Both the position numbers and the translations under genes were made by a program. Positions 24,621 to 36,400 of a stretch of DNA of 64,000 nucleotides are shown here, in pieces. The first letter of the stretch is position 1. The number at the start of each line of letters is the position of its first letter. Source of the stretch: Macrostomum lignano (lineage: Eukaryota); contig NIVC01002340.1 of NCBI GenBank assembly GCA_002269645.1, positions 118,183 to 182,182 of the forward strand, given 5' to 3'. Below the pieces are notes generated by a model that worked only from the letters and a program-made list of their open reading frames with translations, was not told where the DNA came from and made no database searches.

Positions 24621-27600
24621 TATGGCATATTGAGCTCCTGCTGCGGACCAGAATATGCCCAGGCCAATGACGATATGCCCTAAGAGTTTGTGCTTGAAAG
24701 GATAAGTACTATTTGCTGAATGAGAAAGGGTTTTGGGCTGATGAAGGAAACTTTGGCTGGTGAAGGTTTTGATTCATGGCAATTTATTTTTGCCAAAAAT
24801 GAGAAAAAGTAAGTTTTGATTAATGGATTTTGAATAATAAGTAAGGTTTTTACTCATTGGCCAAAATAAAAACCACTTGGCGTCATTCTTGCGCCCCCCA
24901 ATGGGGGGCTTAAATTGCTAGTACTTGTAACTAAATTGGTATCATTATACCAGTATCAGTCCTTGGGCCTTCTCACATCTATAGAGCAAAAGCAGCGGGC
25001 CAGTGCTACTCTTTCTAAGCGGAAGTTGACTGCCCATGGCGACGAGGCTGAGCCAATCACGAAGAAGCTATCTCAAGTGGAAGTGGAATCGCAACGGCCA
25101 GAACCAGCAGTTGAGCAAGTTGGCAACTATGAGTCAGAGGGAATCAGCGAGAACATTGCCCGATCGCCCTCTGTCTTGGCCGTACAAGCTGGGACTGGGA
25201 CTGAGTCAGCACAGGCACTGGATGAGCTTGCACCCAATTTAAAGAAGCTTTTATCCGATCTACCGAGTCTTGTAGCTGACGAGGTGCAAAAGCGAATGCT
25301 AGCAGTTAATGAGTCGCAGTCACCAAGAAATGCCAATATCGCTGGTGCAAGTGACAACGTCACTAATACTGAGAGGTGGACTGCACTCAGTAACATCACC
25401 GAGCTGTGCAAAGCAGTCCCTGATGTTGAGTTTTTCTTCGACGAGAAATCCGGCGAGTCTGTGCTCAGGTGCAAAACCTGTTGGTCCGATATGCATACCC
25501 AGCCGCTTAATAAGATGACCGTCTTTGAGTGCTGCCATCATTTTAACTTGTAAGTTAGTTTTCTTTGCAAAACTAGCAAAGTATGCACACCAATGCCAAA
25601 GTTCTCATTATTGCAACTACAGTATCATACTGACCATCCATAATTTAGAAACGGAAACAGCACCTTTGGTACTGGTTGGTGGTACAACAAGAAAAAAACT
25701 GAGCTTCTATTAGCTGGTTTTTCATCGGCAGATACAAGTTTTTGGCGCTCAGAAAAAGCGAAAATTTGGTCTCATCTACTAGGCTCCTCTGCGAGTGCGA
25801 ATGGTGAAGAGCACACCAAAGCATCAAATAAAGCTCGAGAAAAAGCAGAGCTGAATAGTCGCTGTATGGAAATCGCTAAGCGATTTGTTCGCTCTATGAT
25901 TAAAATTGTACGAGCTAAGTCTGCTGCTGTACATTACGAAGACAAAATCACTGTCATGCGGCTTCAAGGATGTGACATAGGCAACCGAGGCCACGGAAGA
26001 AAGCAATTTAATATTCTGCTGGAAGCTGCTAATGAGTGGATCAATGAGGAAAACAGAAAACTTCTTTTAACCCCATTGCCGTGCACAAATCTGCCGCCCC
26101 ATTTTATGGGGATTCTGGATAAAGCTACCCAGACTCGTTGCACTAATCAGGCTGTGCTCATTGCAGTAATGATTAATGGAGAGAGAGTTGCACTGCCGAT
26201 TGGTGCACCAGATGTTTATCGCCTTGATGTTGATGACAGCACTATGACTACAACCGACGATGCCCTCCAGTTGGATAGTGCCAATGGCAGTGAAGGATAT
26301 CCTGACGAAAGTGATGATGACAGCGAGTTGGACCAAGTGTTAAACTCAGATTATTCACAGCCTAAATCAGCTTACAATCTGACTGTTACAGGCGGCTCCT
26401 TAGATCAGCTTGCTGAGCTTATGTTTGAAACGTTCACCGAGGAGCTCAAACTGCCAAAGGAAGCGCTGGCACAATATCGTGGAACTAGTGCAGATGGCCA
26501 GTATCAGCATCCGAATTTTTCTAAAAGAATTATTGCATTGTCAGGTTGCCTCGAAATTGCGGACAGCACCTTGTTCCAGCCTGTGATTTGGGATGCTTCT
26601 CACCTATTGAATTTGGCAGTACTTGCCATTCGAGATGGAAAGTTTGGTTCCGTTCCTTCAACCTTTTTGACCAATTTTATTGCTCGCGCCAACAAGTTTC
26701 ACAAAATCATGTCAAGAGGAAAAAATCGTGCGCTTCTAAAAGTTGTCGCCAAAGCAATGGATGTAGCTCCCACAGCAACTATTGCATTTTCTACGCAATG
26801 CTTTGCCAGCTCTGCGAATCAGCAGTGGATTAAAATTGAGGCATCATTTCCACTGTTTGCAGCAACTTTTCGCCAAATCTATAGCAGCTCCCTTGCAGAC
26901 GAAGACTTTGCTCTGCAGTACGAGCTTCTAGGCGCTGACTTCATCACTGATGTGTGCGGATTGCTGGATTTGTTCCGTCCACTTGTTCTCGTAAGTAAAA
27001 AATACTGTGTACATGTATTTGCTGTAATTTTTGGTGATGTAAATAATATTAATATAATACTGACCTTTGTGTACTTAACTTTATATTTACATGTATCTCA
27101 TATTTTTAGTTGATGGAGCTTTCTCAGAGCCTCCAGTTCTTCCACTGGAAGATTGTTTTTTGGGGTGAGAACCTTAAAAAGTGCCTGGCCAAAGCTGAAA
27201 AAGCAAAACCATTGTTGGACAAGCATCTGGCTGATCTGCAATCATTCAAGTTCAAAGGCACAAACCTGGTGGTTGGGTGGTCTTGTGGTGCAGCCAAGCA
27301 AGAAATCGTGAATGGACAGCGGAAAACAGTCTATCACTGGACTGAAAGAACAGTTGACAAAGCCATTGCAGAAATCGCACCTGTTGCTGCCGCTTTGCAG
27401 TCTACTGTTCAAGACCGGCTAGAACGCGGAACATCTCCTTGCTCAAGGATTCTATCCACATTCATGGACTTCGAAAGACTTGTAATCTGTCTGTGTGGTT
27501 CTAGAAGTCTACCGGCTGTTGAAGCTGCTGATGTTGATGCAAGCACTGTCAGCAAAGCAAAAGTGCATCAGCGCCAATGCTTTGACTTTTACACATTTGT

Positions 27601-29639
27601 AAAATCTGGTGAAAGCGAATTTTGCCGCTTTTTTGAGTTTGTTGCTACACTCCCACATATCCGGGAGGCAGCTGGCAAAAACTTGGAACTAGACGATTTA
27701 GTTCCTGGAATGCATGGCGTCATTCATGCTAAGTTTAAGGTAATTTGTTTGAAATATTTTTGTTAAGACAAGGCAGCACTAGTTAGCTTCATGTTAGAAT
27801 CGAAACACTTAGAGCCCAAAGCTCAGAATAGTCAATATATTTATACAAGCGTACACAAAGTACATATTAGGTAAGGTACATTGCTAGCAGGCCTGGCCTG
27901 ATTGGCTGGAGAGAAAAGCACAAGCGCACAGGGTAAAGAGAATGCGAGAGCAAAGGAAAATATAGCCAGCGCAGACAAACCCAAACATAACCATTTTTCT
28001 TACATATACATGCAAATGCACGCTTTTTTATCATTATTTCTATTTTCAGGGCCTCTTTGAGGAGCTCTTCTGGGGCAAGCTGGCGTCCTATGGAATTTCA
28101 TGTTTTAGAGCAGCAAATACATCTGCTACTGCTGGAACCAACTCCAACAAGACAAATGCCTCACTGGTCAAGGGCCAGCTCCTCCTGTCTCTTTCGCTGG
28201 AGACAAATTCGTCCACCACAATTTGACCATATTTTCGTGTCGAAACTGATAAAGGGGAGTTTTTGAACTGCCTACTCGATGAGCAAAAACTGGTCCGCCT
28301 TATCTACACAGTACCAGAAGTGTACAACACTGCTGGACGAGTGTGCTGTACCATCATCGACGTTGCTCTGAGCACTGGGGGCAGTGAGGCCATTGCAGAA
28401 TCATTTTATGGCGTTATGCGAAGCCAATGCAAGCTTGGTCGCCAAGAAAATCGCAGCCTCGTTCTTTGAACAAAAGTTGACTGGTCACTGCCTCCATTGA
28501 ATGATCAAGGAGAACGAGCAGTTTCTGGTATTGCTGCCAAGTACCTTCAGCGAGCTGTAGCTCCCGTTGCCTCCGACCAGCGCACCATTGAGGGCTATTT
28601 GCAAATGGGAGCTCCTAGTGTTGTTCAACAGCGAAAGAACAATGAGAAAGCCCGGTTGCCTCATTTGATTTAACAGTCATATTTCAATTTTTACTCTAGC
28701 TACAATTTTTATTTATTATTCATTGACCATTGATGAAGCTTTTATAGGTTCAGGCAGTAGCTAAGCCATTAAAAAACTTGTTTTTACCATTTTGCGATGC
28801 GCTCAGTACCAAAAAAAATGCGACCAATAAAAAATATTTTGCGTGCCATAAAAAAATCGCATAGGCCTAATTCTGTTTGACTTACGTCTTAAGAAATACA
28901 AGAATTCCATCCTGGATATTATAGCAGAAAATTGTAGTATATAAGCTTATAAATGTGCATACAGTGCCACACATGGTGCACAACAAGAGCCCAATTGATT
29001 TTTAGTGAACAGATAAAGTAGAATAGCAAATAGCAAAAGCTGATTAATAAGGCCTAGCTTATAATAGGTCACCCAAAATAAATAATCTATTATATAAAAT
29101 ATGCCCTATATAAAATATGATTTTAAACATATTTTTAAGCATAATTGTTTTTGAAGTAAGCCTATGTCAATTAGATAATTGTTTCTTGGTAAATAAAAAG
29201 CACAAATAAAATTAAAAATGGCATTTTACTATAGTCTATATAAATAAAGTTTCAGTTAACTGATTTTTTTGATAATTTTTTAATATAAACTAAAATAAAA
29301 CATGGAGTTACTTTTAAATCTAAAAGAGCCTAATGGCTAAAGATCTATAAAAATTGATCCATTACTTTACAATTTGTTTTCAGCATGCATTTGTAATTAG
29401 GCCCTATTCAATTTTTGTTTGGGCATGCAAGTGCACCTAGCATGATCCAGACTATGGATTCTACCAAGTAAGCTTTTAGGCCCTACTACACTTACTTAAA
29501 AATTAAATGCAGTGCACAATGCTTAAAAGGTAAAAAATATGTTAAGGCTTAAGCTTAAGCAAGGGTGGGGTAGGCTGGAGGCCCTTGACTGACAACCACC
29601 TCATAACCTAAGGTCAATTGATTGGTCAAAATGGGAGGG

Positions 29640-29750
29640 AACCAATCAAAAGGGCGACAGTCAAAAGGGCGATAGTCAAAAGGGCGACAGTCAAAAGGGC
29701 GATAGTCAAAAGGGCGACACGCGACAGTCAAAAGGGCGTCAGGGCGACAG
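29640..29750. repeat. Short 15-bp tandem repeat agtcaaaagggcga(c/t)
   Basis: About 6 units are visible. Confidence 0.8.
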
Positions 29751-30460
29751 TTACTGTGTTACTGTGTATTTATTGACATGCATTAGAAGCTTGTATTGGT
29801 TAAAATTTACAAGTAGTTAGATGCACCAAAATCAAAATTTAGCAAGAATATTGTAAGAGTAGGCCTAGTAGGAATGTAGGATGTAGTAAGACTGTAAGAG
29901 TAGTAAGATCAAAATAATATAAAACCTCACGTCCTCACGAGACACGAGTCACCAGTGGAAAGTGGGAATATTGAATTTTAATCTGTAAAATATTTCAAAC
30001 AATTAAGTTGCGCTTAAATTTGACAATGCATTGTTTTGTGTTTTCTACTGAAAAACTAGCGAGTAACATAACTTCTATCACTTCTTTTTTGTTATAACTT
30101 TTGTTCAAAACCCGCACGAAGCTTGATTGACTGACTGATGTTCCTTCAAATTTGACAACAATTATCTTTTGTGATAGATAAATTGGCTTAAATTAATTTT
30201 GGGATATATATCGTTCGTTTCTAAATAAACAAAACGAAAGCTTTCACGCGACGTTCCAAGAATAAAAGTACAGTAGTAGTAGTTGGAAGGTGTGTGGGTA
30301 ACCTGCCTAAACTTGTTCAGATAGGCTAGCCTAAGCCAAATAGGGCTTAGGTCTACTGCCTACTTGGCCCTGGCCACCTAGCAATTTTTTCTTTCGTTTT
30401 TTTAACTTCTATGCTTAATCCTAACTCTAGCCTATTGTAGTTCTGACCCAGGCTTAAAAC

Positions 30461-33400
30461 ATGTCTGAAAGTGTAAGGCTTTTATTGCCTTCCATTCTTT
30501 TAGCTGTTTTGCTTCTTTTTAAGGATATATCCATTCCTTTAAATGTTGAAACAAATACTCATGAAAAGTCAATGATGCCCGAGGAAAAATCATTGCCAAA
30601 GCCTAAGCTTTCAATTCCAACATTAAAGGTTCTTTATTGGTAAGTAGGCGTAGTCTATAACTATAGTCAATTGTCTTGTTTAATTATTATTTTGCCATAA
30701 TTATTTTTGGGCAATCTTCTAGTTTTGCACATTTAATTCAAACTGTTTTTAAAATGACAGTTAACAACAGTTTTGTTTTATGTTTTATGCCTCAGACGGC
30801 ATAATAGTGCGCCACCCAGAAAAGGATGTTCCCAAAGGTGTTGCGTGGGTGGCAGCGACGCCAGAGAAATTCCTCCAAGTGGGTGTCGAACAGGGCCTTG
30901 GATATGCCATGCATGGCCCTAAAACGGGCCTTAGCGTGGGCCCATGTGCCCTCCACTGTGTTTGTGTGGACTTCTGGGTGGTTAGGGTCCACAAAGTTTA
31001 GCTAGTGGTTCACTGTCAAATGATTGGGCACATGGTGCCTAGCCATGATTACTTTGCTAAAAGTAATTAAAAATGCTTTAAAATAATTAAACGTGCAAAA
31101 CTAGAAGATTGCCATATTTTGTATTAACCAAAACCTTAAGTTGTTAAGAGCAATTTTTTTTCAAATAAATCAATTGCAATTTTTTAATATATTTAATTCT
31201 AAAGGTTTTTAAGTTTTAAACTTGCTTTGGGTCTTGACTTAAAAAGTAATAATTCCTACCTGTCTTTTAAAATTTGTTATTGTTAGGCCTAAATAGTCTT
31301 TTTAATATATAATAAAATTCTAATTTGCTATGATTAAGGGCTAGACAAGTATGCAACTCATCAAGTTTTAAGTCAAACTACTTGGGTACCCAGTAAAATG
31401 CGGAATCCGCAACGGAATCGGAATGGAATAGTACAGTAAAACGCGGAATCTGCAACGGAATGGTAAACTGCGGAACGAAGTGTGGATTCCGCATATTAAA
31501 GTAAAACGCGGAATGTGAAAATGAAAAAAGTAAAATGCGGAATGAAAACTAACTGAATTATACTTTTATTCATCACCTTATATTTAAAAAACATCTGAAA
31601 TTTATGTACATTTTTGCTGAACAAATTGTTTTTCATTGTCACTATGACACTCAAATCAAATCTGTTGATCTTCCCTTAGCAAAATCCTCAGCAGAATGGT
31701 TAAGATACAGTAATTTTCGGAATGAAGATAGAGCTTTGGCAACTTATTTAAGGTAAATTCATACTCTGGAAGCAAAAGTGCATACTACGTACAATTTTTA
31801 TATTTAATGTATTTTATTTCAAAAGTGCCCGCTGACATGTGGCGAGAAGTCATCCTACATCCTATTGCTGTCAAAAAAAAATCGTAGCATTAAATGTGCA
31901 TTTCTAAAAAAAAAATTATATCCAAAACTTTAGGACAAGATAGATTTTAGCGAAGCTAAAATTACGATTTGCAAGACACTTTTACATTTTTAGTGTCAAG
32001 AAAGGCAATAAATAGTACAAGGAAGCATGGAAAGTCAGATCAGTCAGATCAGTATGGAAGGTCAGTACCCTCTGGGAAAATCGCCGGCGAATCGCCAGCA
32101 AATTGTCAGCGAGACAGCAAAGTAGTGGTGACATTTTTTTTTCTTCATTTCCCATATAGAACGTTTCAAAAAGCTGTGTTTGTCTGGAACTTTTCTTCCT
32201 GCAGCATAAAACATAGTTTTTCCACCTCGGTCGCATTGGCGAATTGTCAGCGGAACACTAGCGAAGTTTCGCCAGCGACTTTTCGCCAGCAACGGGACAG
32301 CGAATCGCTAACGAATAAGTGCTTGATTATTTATTATTGGGGCTCTATTTTGCTAGTAAATATAAGAAAATGTATAAAATTATTTGATTTCTCACTTGCA
32401 TAACAATCCCTTCATTCTATTCTATCGAATTAACCACTGCTTGGGGGTATGAATCAGATAAATCATATATAGTGACTTCTCTAGGCAATAGAAAGTTAGG
32501 TATAACGAGTGGAACTCCTCCACTGAAGGACAAACCCAAGAAATTCGACTCCCCGAATTGTAATGTTGATGCAGTGTTTGAATCGCGAAGTCAAGTCATA
32601 GTATGGAAATTATCAATCTGGGCATACGTTTATATTTATAGTTGCACATCGGGTTCCGGAGTAACTATTGCAAAAATGGGCATTGTTTTTATCGCAACCT
32701 TTTTGTTAACTTTATTAATCTATGCCTGCAAATAGTGCTTACTTCTAAGGACACAAATCAACTGCTGGGCTGTTGTTTTGGGTCATAGTCACATAGAGGC
32801 TCTATCCGCACACCCGTAAAGCGGGTTGTTGTCGCCTGTAAACCCTCTTCAGAACTTAATCTCGTGGGCTTTGTCCACAGAAAAGTTAATGCATAGATTC
32901 AATCAAACAGTACATTTAGAAAATTAGCTGTTAATAGTTGGTCGCATCAAAAAGGATGTCCAGGAAAGGGTTTTGATTGTACGTTAGGTTCCCTTGTAGC
33001 ATATTTTGGCACTTGGAAATCAGGCCAGGTCCATGCATAAGCACTTTTTAATATCATGATATATTGTGATAAACTGGCGCGGAAGCCTAGCGCAAGTGAG
33101 CATCATGGTAACACTTCCGAATGCATTTGCAAGATAGGCAAATGGAATATTTAAACATTTCTTGCAAAGAAATTTATTTCTATATTTTTAGCGTATACTT
33201 ATTTCCGAAAACTGCACAATATGTTGTTAATATACATTCCGATGATAGAAACTTTATTTGACACTACTAAAAATCAGCTTCTAAATAAATTAAGCTATAT
33301 ATACATGTAGCTAGATAGCTATTTGTAGTCTTTAGTACATGTTGATGTTGATGAATAAAAGTATAATTCAGTTGGTTTTCATTCCGCATTTTACTTTTTT

Positions 33401-36400
33401 CATTTTCGCATTCCGCATTTTACTTTAATATGCGGAATCCGCACTTCGTTCCGCAGTTTACTATTCCGCTGTGGATTCCGCGTTTTACCGTACTATTCCA
33501 TTCCGATTCTGTTGCGGATTCCGCATTTTACCGGGTACCAACTACTTGAGGCTTTTTGGTTTGGAAAAAATTCAAACTTTGCCAAATAGGCCTAAGGGGG
33601 GGCCATAGCCCAGTGATAGGCAGCTGCTCTGGTATGCCAGCAACCCAGGCTCAATTCCAAGTGCAGTCACATTAATTTGGGGCTGAATTGGAATCTCGGC
33701 TTGGCTCTGTTTGTGCAATTTATAGCCTTGAAAGCCAACCTCCCAAGGTGCAGTGAAGTGTACATGCCTAATGATAAAATAAAGTTAGGGCCGCTGCACA
33801 CTCCTATGTGAGTGTGTGCCTATGCATATGACTGCGTACGTATCCGCGCGCTTGTATGCCTGCTCAAGGGAGTTGACAGAATGGGTAGTAATGCTTCTTG
33901 CCGGTTGTGTGCCTATGTCCCTTAAAGTGTGTTAGGGTGCACATACCCCCCTGCCTCTAATAAAAAAATATTTTTAGGCTTAAGTTAGAAAAAGTATAAG
34001 CAGTTGTTGCATTAACCTATATATTCTAGTGTCTATTGTAAAATTGCAAATCTGCAAATATAATAGAATTATTTCTAGAACAAGCTCCCACTCAATAAAA
34101 ATTTTATCTAGAATGCTTATCTTTTTTAAACCTGAGAAGTGACAAAAAGTATAAAATATTATTGGCTCTATCAATTTTCTTTCACCAATTTTTAGCTCAT
34201 TGTAACATTTTTTCAATAATAACAGGGAAATAAAGAGTAATGTGTTGACTCTAATTGGGAAAATGAAGGTTGCTCTTTGCTATTAATGTTGGGGTCATTT
34301 CTATCTTCTAGAATACTTCCACTAATGCCATCAAAAGCTGTCCTAAGGCCAATTTCTATTTTCTAACATGCTTGGATGCAGTAGCGCAACCAGAAATTTT
34401 TCAAGGGGGGGCGGATTCTGAGGGTAAAGTCCCGGGAGGGGGGGCGGCGGAGGGGTGGCTCTGTTTTTGGCAAAAATTCGCTTGGTCCCCCCTTTGATTT
34501 TTTTTTCAGGCCCCCGCCTAAGGGGGGGCGACTGCCCCCCTGCCCCCCCCTGGTTGCGCCACTGCTTGGATACAACCTTAGGATTTACTTGGCCGTTTCT
34601 ATTGGCAACATGCACATCATGTAAGTTGCTATTAGATGGAATAGTAGTCACGTGACTGCTCTCAGCCAATAGTGACTTACATGTATAGGTTGCCAATAGA
34701 AACAGCCAGGTGATTCCCAAGGTTGCGCATGTATGTCTTCTAAGATGATCTTGTTGCTGTTACCAAAGTTGTCAAAAGACTAAACTTTTTTCTTTAAATA
34801 TTATTTGCTTCTATCAAAGGTTGCTCTATTAGTTTATAATGCTTTTGGGTATCTGAGAAGAATATGTGCAAATATTTATTGTCTTCTAAGTGAAGCTTCA
34901 ACAATTGGTGAAATTTTTTAAAATTTATCATTGAGTCATTACAAGGTGTCTGCCCATAAACTTTATTGTTAAAATGATCAGATCAAGAGCTTCTTGATTG
35001 ACTTGATGATTGGCTTGAACTTGCTTGCTTAGCTAGGCTATCATGGATTCTCCCTTGCTATACTATAATCATTTTTGAATATATTCTCAATGGCTTACTG
35101 ACACTACGCTTTTTGAACACTATTTACACTTTTTGCCAGATTGACTTGAGACTCTTTTGTTAAGGCCACCCCACTCCTTTTGTCAGTGGCTAAGCCACCT
35201 TGAGCTAGCACCTAAATTGTATAGGTCAATATATGATGTATATTAGGATTGGGCTAGGGAAGAAGCTGAATTAGAGCAACTTAAAAAAGGACAAGGGCAA
35301 TGGTAGGGTTAAAGAAAAGAGAAGGTAGGAGATTATTGCAATGCAATGTCACAATTGCTATGGGATTCATTTCATTAGCTTCTTAGTAAAATAAGGGCTT
35401 CTAAGTTATTGCTAATAGTTGATTCATTGCACCTAAGCTTGATAATGATGTTGCATATGAGTTAGTTAGGCTAGCTATAATTAGGTCATTGTTTAGTCAT
35501 CTATAATGAGTAAATAGCCATTGTATTTATTGTTAAAATGGTATTTGTTGCTGTTCTTAAATCATTTAAACAAAAATGAATGGTTTTATTGCTTATATAA
35601 CTTTGTCTAGATACCTTGGAAATGCACCAAGTAGCAGTTATGTTCAAGGTACCAAACTTATAATAAAAAAGTAAAAAAGAATACTGATTTGATTTGAATT
35701 TTAGTTAGTTTATATTTGTATCTAAAATTTGGCAATCAAATTTGAGAATATAAAAAGGGCTAGCATCATCTTTTAGCTTAAAAAATTGATTCTTTGACAG
35801 TTTTCAAGTGTAGCTATTTTTCAAAGCTGTTTTTGAGAAATGAAATTTGCAAAAACCACAAGAAGTTTTTAGTGCACTAACTAGATAGACTTAATTATCA
35901 TTACAAATAGCAATCATAAACATTCAATCATTCAATGGGTAAATATTATTGAAATAATGCAATTTTTATGTCTAACTCCAAGTATGCCCAACTGCTAGCT
36001 GCTAACTTAGCTTTCCATGTTAGGGCAAATCTAAAGAACACAGTTTTTCTATACCTATAATTATGTTAAAATCTAATAATAAAATTGTTAATTCAAAATG
36101 CATTAATTGGCAAAGCTGCCCTGATATTGACACATTAAATTTTATATGTAAAATTGTTATATACAGTATTGACTATATGTCCAATTATGTTGATCTACTA
36201 ATCATAGGCATAGATACTAGAATAACTACATGGGGCACTCAGCACATTTGCATGCAAGCTACTTTCAGTTCAGTAGTAAGTTAAAAAAGAAACATTTTGA
36301 TGTATTTTCAAAGCCAAAGCTTACTTATTGGCTCTTACCCCTCTAAGCTAAAACCCTAAAACTCTACATAGAACCTTTACCCCTGCCCCACCACCCAATT

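Larger units (their letters stand above)
23348..24920 (+). mobile_element. Non-autonomous Helitron (1.57 kb) in intron 3 of the hAT transposase
   Basis: 5' A|TC at 23347/23348 is followed by TCTTATATACTAAAG-(GTTT)n. A 3' hairpin GCCCCCC-AAT-GGGGGGC (24893-24909) precedes CTAG|T (24917-24921). There is no TSD. Confidence 0.92.
22599..28673 (+). pseudogene. Seven-exon hAT-like transposase (~1200 codons) with N-terminal C2H2 finger and two in-frame TGA in the last exon
   Basis: Exons 22599-22758, 22856-23040, 23197-23314, 24985-25549, 25649-26990, 27110-27739 and 28050-28673 have phase-consistent GT-AG sites. Motifs: FICKEC...KRHIQSRSH, ILDKAT, SADGQY, WDASHLLNL, SEAIAESFYG. TGA at 28224 and 28467. 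Confidence 0.8.
21473..28915 (+). mobile_element. hAT-type DNA transposon, 7.44 kb, 17-bp TIR CC(A/T)GGATGGAATTCTTG, 8-bp TSD atattata
   Basis: TIRs at 21473-21489 and 28899-28915. TSD atattata at 21465-21472 and 28916-28923. Subterminal aaaaaaatgcga motifs and an internal spliced transposase are present. Confidence 0.9.

Noticed and set aside
28224-28469. Two in-frame TGA codons in the hAT transposase as possible selenocysteine
   Set aside because: There is no redox context or SECIS, and they are better explained as CGA>TGA nonsense decay in a TE.
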